NCBI GenBank assembly: GCA_964244895.1
Contig: CAXTKV010000174.1
Span: forward strand, 1-11,563
Direction of reading: 5' to 3'
DNA: 11,563 nucleotides
From: an uncultured Deinococcales bacterium
GTDB lineage: Bacteria > Deinococcota > Deinococci > Deinococcales > JAAFIG01
Shown in pieces: positions 7,725 to 11,563 of the stretch (positions within the stretch are counted from its first letter, which is position 1; each line of letters opens with the position of its first letter). Made by a program: the position numbers and the translations under genes. The notes below the pieces were generated by a model that was not told the origin of the DNA, made no database searches, and saw only the letters and a program-made list of their open reading frames with translations.

Positions 7725-9218
7725 ATGACCGCAAATCACAACCCGATCCACGCCGCCATCGACTTGGGCGCTTCCGGTGGTCGCGTGGCGATCGGAACCG
7801 TCAACGACGGCAAGCTCGAGGTCGAGATTCTGCACCGCTGGAATCACGCGCCCGTTCCCGTGCGCGGCGGTTTGCAGTGGGACGTGCTGGGCATCTGGAG
7901 TGAGATTCTGGTGGGCTTGAAGCTCGCTTCCGCTCGAGCCATCGCGCTCGGTGGGCGCGTGGTGAGCGTCGGGGCGGATTCGTGGGGCGTGGATTTTGCG
8001 CTCCTGGACGAGTACGGCGCGATCATCGACGGCGTGCGCGCGTACCGCGATCCGCGCACGGATTCCATCTTCGAGCGCGCGTTCGATCGAGTCCCCAGAT
8101 CCGTCGTGTTCGAGCAGACGGGTCTGCAATTCATGTCGATCAATTCCTTGTATCAACTTCTGGCCGTGCAGCGCGATACGCCCGAGCACCTGACTCGAGC
8201 CGTAACGCTGTTGATGGTGCCCGATCTGATCCACTTCTGGTTGTCTGGTTGCGCGGTATCCGCGCGCACGGATGCCAGCACGACCCAGTTTTACGACCCA
8301 CGCAGACGCCACTTTGCCGTACCCATGCTCGAGAGCGATTTTGATCTTCCAGTACATTTCCTGCCCGAGCTGATCGATCCCGGAAGCGTGATCGCGCCCG
8401 TGCTGCCGGACATCGCGCTCGAGACGGGGCTGGATGGCGTTCTCGTGATCGCGCCGGGAACGCACGACACCGCAACAGCCGTGGCCGCGACCCCGCTCGA
8501 GCATCCCGACGCGGCCTACATTTCGTCCGGGACGTGGTCGCTGGTGGGGCTCGAGGTCGGCGCACCGATCATCACGGAGGCGTCCCTGGCGGCCAATCTG
8601 ACCAACGAGGCGGGCGTCCACGGCACGACGCGGTTGCTGAAAAACGTCATGGGCTTGTGGATTCTTCAAGAATGCCGCCACGCCTGGAACGACCCGGAAT
8701 GGAGCGAGCTCTACGCGGAAGCCGAAGCCTCAGCGCCGCTGGTGAGCTTCATCGACCCGAACGACGCGCGTTTCTTGCACACGGGTCACGACATGCCGGA
8801 TCGCGTGCGCGCGTACTGCGCGGACACCGACCAGCGCGTTCCCGAATCTCGCGGCGAGATCGCGCGGTGCATCCTGGAGAGCCTGGCGCTGAAGTACAAA
8901 TCCGTGCTGGACGTGCTGGAACGCGTGACCGGGAAGCGCGTGCCGGTGCTGCACATCGTCGGTGGCGGTTCGCAGGTGGCGCTGTTGAACCAGATGACGG
9001 CGGACGCGACCGGGCTGGAAGTCGTGGCTGGCCCGACGGATGCCACGCTGACCGGGAACATCCTGATGCAGGCCGAGACGATGGGCATATTGCAGCACGA
9101 CCGCCGCGAGGTCGTGCGCCGTTCGTTCGAGTTACGCAGGTTCCAGCCGAAAGAATCTGGTGCGTGGGCGGAAGCCTACAACCGATTCTCGAGCCTGATC
9201 CGCTCGAGCGCGTTCTAG
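7725..9218 (+). CDS. rhaB: Rhamnulokinase (FGGY family)
   Basis: 497 aa with AIDLGASGGR, DSWGVDF, AYRDPRT, TGLQFMSINSLYQL, GTHDTA, YISSGTWSLVG, TNEAG, LKNVMGLW and HIVGGGSQ. Confidence 0.92.
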   Translation: MTANHNPIHAAIDLGASGGRVAIGTVNDGKLEVEILHRWNHAPVPVRGGLQWDVLGIWSEILVGLKLASARAIALGGRVVSVGADSWGVDFALLDEYGAIIDGVRAYRDPRTDSIFERAFDRVPRSVVFEQTGLQFMSINSLYQLLAVQRDTPEHLTRAVTLLMVPDLIHFWLSGCAVSARTDASTTQFYDPRRRHFAVPMLESDFDLPVHFLPELIDPGSVIAPVLPDIALETGLDGVLVIAPGTHDTATAVAATPLEHPDAAYISSGTWSLVGLEVGAPIITEASLAANLTNEAGVHGTTRLLKNVMGLWILQECRHAWNDPEWSELYAEAEASAPLVSFIDPNDARFLHTGHDMPDRVRAYCADTDQRVPESRGEIARCILESLALKYKSVLDVLERVTGKRVPVLHIVGGGSQVALLNQMTADATGLEVVAGPTDATLTGNILMQAETMGILQHDRREVVRRSFELRRFQPKESGAWAEAYNRFSSLIRSSAF

Positions 9219-9279
9219 AGAAGATCGTCTGGCACACGGTTTCTCGAGGTTCGGGATTTGCGTGCTGGACGGTCTTCTC
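9218..9279 (+). repeat. REP-derived long hairpin between convergent genes
   Basis: GAGAAGATCGTCTGGCAC (9218-9235) pairs with GTGCTGGACGGTCTTCTC (9262-9279): 15 Watson-Crick plus 3 G-U pairs. No U-tract follows. Confidence 0.75.
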
Positions 9280-9323
9280 GTGGGGTGAATACGAGATTTG
9301 CCCTGTGCATTCCAGGTGACCAT

Positions 9324-10112
9324 TCACTTCAGCAGCCCGAGCAATTCCTGAAGCTGCGCCCGATCCAACGGCCCGAGGTGGCGAGCCTCGACGCGACCAT
9401 CAGCGCCGATCACGAAACTCGTGGGCAGACCGGACACCTGTAGCGCGGCGCGCAGGTTCTCGAGGTCGCGGTAGACGGTGATCGGCAGGTGTTCGCGTTC
9501 CAGAAAGGCGCGGATGGTGGCGGCGTCCTCGCCCGCATCGAGGAACACCAATCGCGCCCCTCGAGCGGCTTCGCGGGCCAGCACGGGCATTTCGCTGCGG
9601 CATGGGCCGCACCAGGTCGCCCAGACGTTGACCAGCACGGGTTTTTGAACGTCCTTCCAGGTGGTCGGCGTGACGGAGGTCACGTCCAGGCGCTCCAGGC
9701 GGGCGCTCGAGGGCAGCGGTTCGGCGCGATCGGATGCGGGTCGCAAGAGTTGCGGTACGAACGCGACGACAAGCGCGATCAATCCCGCCGGGACGAGCCT
9801 GGCGGCCTCGAGTCGGAGCGTCCAGACCAGTGCGAGAATACCCACCACGAGGCTCCAGGGCCACGCCAGACCGCCCACGCGCGGATCGAGCAGGTTCGGG
9901 CCGAGCGCGCCCGAACTCAGGCCGTAACCGAGCCTTCCAGCGACCAGCGCCGCGACCAGTCCGATCCACGCGCCGCGCTCGAGCTTCGGGTTTTTCGTGC
10001 GGGAGATCAGGCCGGTGAAGGCGATCAAGCCCAGGATCAGCGATAACCTTCCCCATTCCAGCACGAACGGGCCGATGACCAGGGCGTCCGGTGTCAGTTG
10101 CACGCCTCTCAT
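9324..10112 (-). CDS. TlpA/ResA-family thiol-disulfide oxidoreductase with N-terminal membrane domain
   Basis: The C-terminal thioredoxin fold shows KPVLVNVWATWCGPCRSEMP, GLPTSFVIGADG and HLGPL. About 4 N-terminal hydrophobic segments. The start could also be GTG 10103. Confidence 0.88.
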   Translation of the reverse strand: MRGVQLTPDALVIGPFVLEWGRLSLILGLIAFTGLISRTKNPKLERGAWIGLVAALVAGRLGYGLSSGALGPNLLDPRVGGLAWPWSLVVGILALVWTLRLEAARLVPAGLIALVVAFVPQLLRPASDRAEPLPSSARLERLDVTSVTPTTWKDVQKPVLVNVWATWCGPCRSEMPVLAREAARGARLVFLDAGEDAATIRAFLEREHLPITVYRDLENLRAALQVSGLPTSFVIGADGRVEARHLGPLDRAQLQELLGLLK

Positions 10113-10195
10113 TCAAGCAGGATTCGCGTGAGTCGCGTGCGGTGTTCTCGGCGGGCTCGAGCGAGAGCCGGGTGAATCAGTCTCGAGATCGCAAG

Positions 10196-10251
10196 AAGAC
10201 CGTCCAGGACGTGTTTCTCGAGAACTCGGGAACACCGTCCTGGACGGTCTT
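10196..10251. repeat. REP-like inverted doublet
   Basis: AAGACCGTCCAGGACGTGTTTCTCGAG-AA-CTCGGGAACACCGTCCTGGACGGTCTT: ~27-bp imperfect inverted repeat whose arms are each palindromic. It abuts the GGDEF gene stop codon. Confidence 0.92.
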
Positions 10252-10856
10252 TACAGCTCGTCCTTGTATTTGGTCAGCAGATCCTCGAGGCCCTCGCGCA
10301 GCAAGGATGCCTCGGTACGGTGCTGGGCGCTGGAGAGCTTCGAGAGGCGATCCAGCGTGGCCTTCGAGTAATAGTTGGATTTCAGCACCATCCGATCCTC
10401 GACGTAGATCGCGCTGCGACCGCGACCCTCGCGTTTGGCGCGGTACAGGGCTTCGTCGGTGGCGCGCATCAGGTCGTCGAATTCGGTGGCGTGGGCTGGG
10501 CGGGCGGCCAGCCCGATCGAGAGCGTCACCGGGCGCGGCAGCGTGCCGCTCAGCGCGCCGAAGGCCGTGTGGATCGAGTCGGCCTCGACGAGCGCCTGCT
10601 CGGGGCTGCGTTTGGGGAAGAGCATCATGAATTCGTCGCCGCCCATGCGAGCCACGATCACGTCGGATCGGGTCTGTTCGAGCAGCACGCCGGTCAGCGT
10701 CTCGAGCACCAGGTCTCCGGCGTCGTGGCCGAAGTCGTCGTTGATGCCCTTGAAGTTGTCCAGATCCAATGACGCGAGCGTGAACGGAACGTCTTCCGGC
10801 AGGGCTTCGGTGACGGTGATGAATTCCTTGCGGTTGAGGATCGAACGTTTTCCCAT
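10251..10856 (-). CDS. GGDEF (diguanylate cyclase) domain protein with C-terminal ribbon-helix-helix-like domain
   Basis: 201 aa with DLDNFKGINDDFGHDAGDLVL, ARMGGDEF, TLSIGLA and DEALYRAKREGR. The last ~45 aa (VLKSNYYSKATLDRLSKLSSAQHRTEASLLREGLEDLLTKY) fit the strand-helix-helix RHH pattern. SD AAGGAG at 10861-10866. Confidence 0.9.
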   Translation of the reverse strand: MGKRSILNRKEFITVTEALPEDVPFTLASLDLDNFKGINDDFGHDAGDLVLETLTGVLLEQTRSDVIVARMGGDEFMMLFPKRSPEQALVEADSIHTAFGALSGTLPRPVTLSIGLAARPAHATEFDDLMRATDEALYRAKREGRGRSAIYVEDRMVLKSNYYSKATLDRLSKLSSAQHRTEASLLREGLEDLLTKYKDEL

Positions 10857-10879
10857 GATGCTCCTTACGTATGCTTAAC

Positions 10880-10915
10880 AACATATATATATCATAGGTA
10901 ACATATATATGTCAA
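10880..10915 (-). promoter_or_regulatory. Probable sigma70-type promoter of the GGDEF-RHH gene with an overlapping direct-repeat operator
   Basis: Perfect TTGACA on the - strand (10910-10915), followed by AT-rich -10 candidates (TATGAT, or TG-A-TATATA; exact -10 unresolved). AACATATATAT occurs at 10880-10890 and 10900-10910. Confidence 0.6.
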
Positions 10916-10958
10916 CCCTACGGCGTATCTCAACCCGAGAAACACGTCGCGGCAGCAA

Positions 10959-10980
10959 CTCGAGAGCACCGTCCCAGACG
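10959..10980. repeat. REP-like half copy (empty target site)
   Basis: CTC-GAGCACCGT-type arm: CTCGAGAGCACCGT-CCCAG-ACG. Confidence 0.7.
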
Positions 10981-11138
10981 CATATTCTTCGACAACGAAC
11001 CCACCTTCACACTGTTTCAGACGCTGGAAACGATAGACTCGAGCAACCACCAGAGCCAGACGCACCAGATCGGCTCGGGCGTCAGACTTCAGATCTCAAC
11101 GGCTCGCGCCGTCAAGAAAGAAACCCCGAGGGAAAACC

Positions 11139-11563
11139 ATGCGAACCCAAGGCATCCGATTCGACAACGGCCCGAAACTCCACCCCTTCGACGTGCCCAG
11201 CGAAGCTTTCGCGCTCCAATCGCGCGTCGTGGTGCAATCCAGGCGCGGACTGGAACTCGGCACGGTCAGGTCGGGCACGCACAACGCGCCGCGCGGCGCG
11301 AGCGCCGGAACCGTGCTGCGCGTCGCCACGCCCGAAGACCTGGAACGCGCCACGGAACTCGAGGTGCAAGCCGACGACCTGAAATGGTTCGCCAGATCGC
11401 GCGCGCGCGACCGCAAGCTGAACCTCAAGATCGTCGCCGCCGAATTCACGCTGGACGGCTCGAGCATCACGGTGTCCTACTCGAGCGAGGAACGCGTCGA
11501 GCTGCGCCCGCTGGTACACGACCTGGCCAGCCGCACCAGCGCCCAGATTCATTTTCATCCGGT
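11139..11563 (+). CDS. ricT: PSP1/RicT (YaaT) family protein, 5' part, truncated by the window end
   Basis: Hand translation from ATG 11139 (SD GAGGGA): MRTQGIRFDNGPKLHPF...VVVQSRRGLELGTV...VLRVATPEDLE...LNLKIVAAEFTLDGSSITVSYSSEERVELRPLVHDLA. This matches the PSP1 family pattern. It is absent from the ORF track because it has no stop in the window. Confidence 0.85.
   Translation, partial: MRTQGIRFDNGPKLHPFDVPSEAFALQSRVVVQSRRGLELGTVRSGTHNAPRGASAGTVLRVATPEDLERATELEVQADDLKWFARSRARDRKLNLKIVAAEFTLDGSSITVSYSSEERVELRPLVHDLASRTSAQIHFHP

Noticed and set aside
3862..8681. Long antisense ORFs (3862-4962, 5736-7040, 7695-8681)
   Set aside because: They mirror strongly biased sense genes (rhaI, rhaD, rhaB) and have no family motifs.
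10121..10178. Possible structured ncRNA/riboswitch upstream of the TlpA-like gene
   Set aside because: Only weak imperfect pairings, partly made of REP fragments and CTCGAG; I recognise no riboswitch consensus.
10196..10251. Classical Rho-independent terminator
   Set aside because: It is a strong hairpin but has no convincing U-tract in the direction of transcription, and it belongs to the dispersed palindrome family.
10909..11558. Track ORFs 10909-11382 (+), 11096-11470 (-) and 11112-11558 (-)
   Set aside because: The unlisted frame from ATG 11139 encodes a recognisable PSP1/RicT protein; these are shadows of it.

Overview
GC-rich bacterial chromosomal window (roughly 60-65% GC; the RicT sequence style suggests Deinococcota, inference only). 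The + strand from 198 to 9218 is the distal part of an L-rhamnose uptake/catabolism operon: two ABC permeases (rhaP/rhaQ-like), a DeoR regulator, RhaI isomerase, bifunctional RhaD aldolase/dehydrogenase and RhaB kinase. Two unrelated orphan ORFs interrupt it, one of them ~31% GC. Next come a convergent TlpA-like thioredoxin, a small GGDEF-ribbon-helix-helix fusion gene with an operator-like direct repeat over its promoter, and the divergent 5' part of ricT/PSP1. Three non-coding signals stand out. (1) A REP-like palindrome family, GAACACCGT-N5-ACGGTGTTC, occupies almost every intergenic gap, usually as doublets. (2) Tandem arrays of a 39-bp unit appear to be inserted at one precise position (CCGT^CCCA) of that palindrome at two loci, and three empty sites are visible in the same window. 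(3) CTCGAG occurs about 60 times, in all reading frames, like a HIP1-type highly iterated palindrome.
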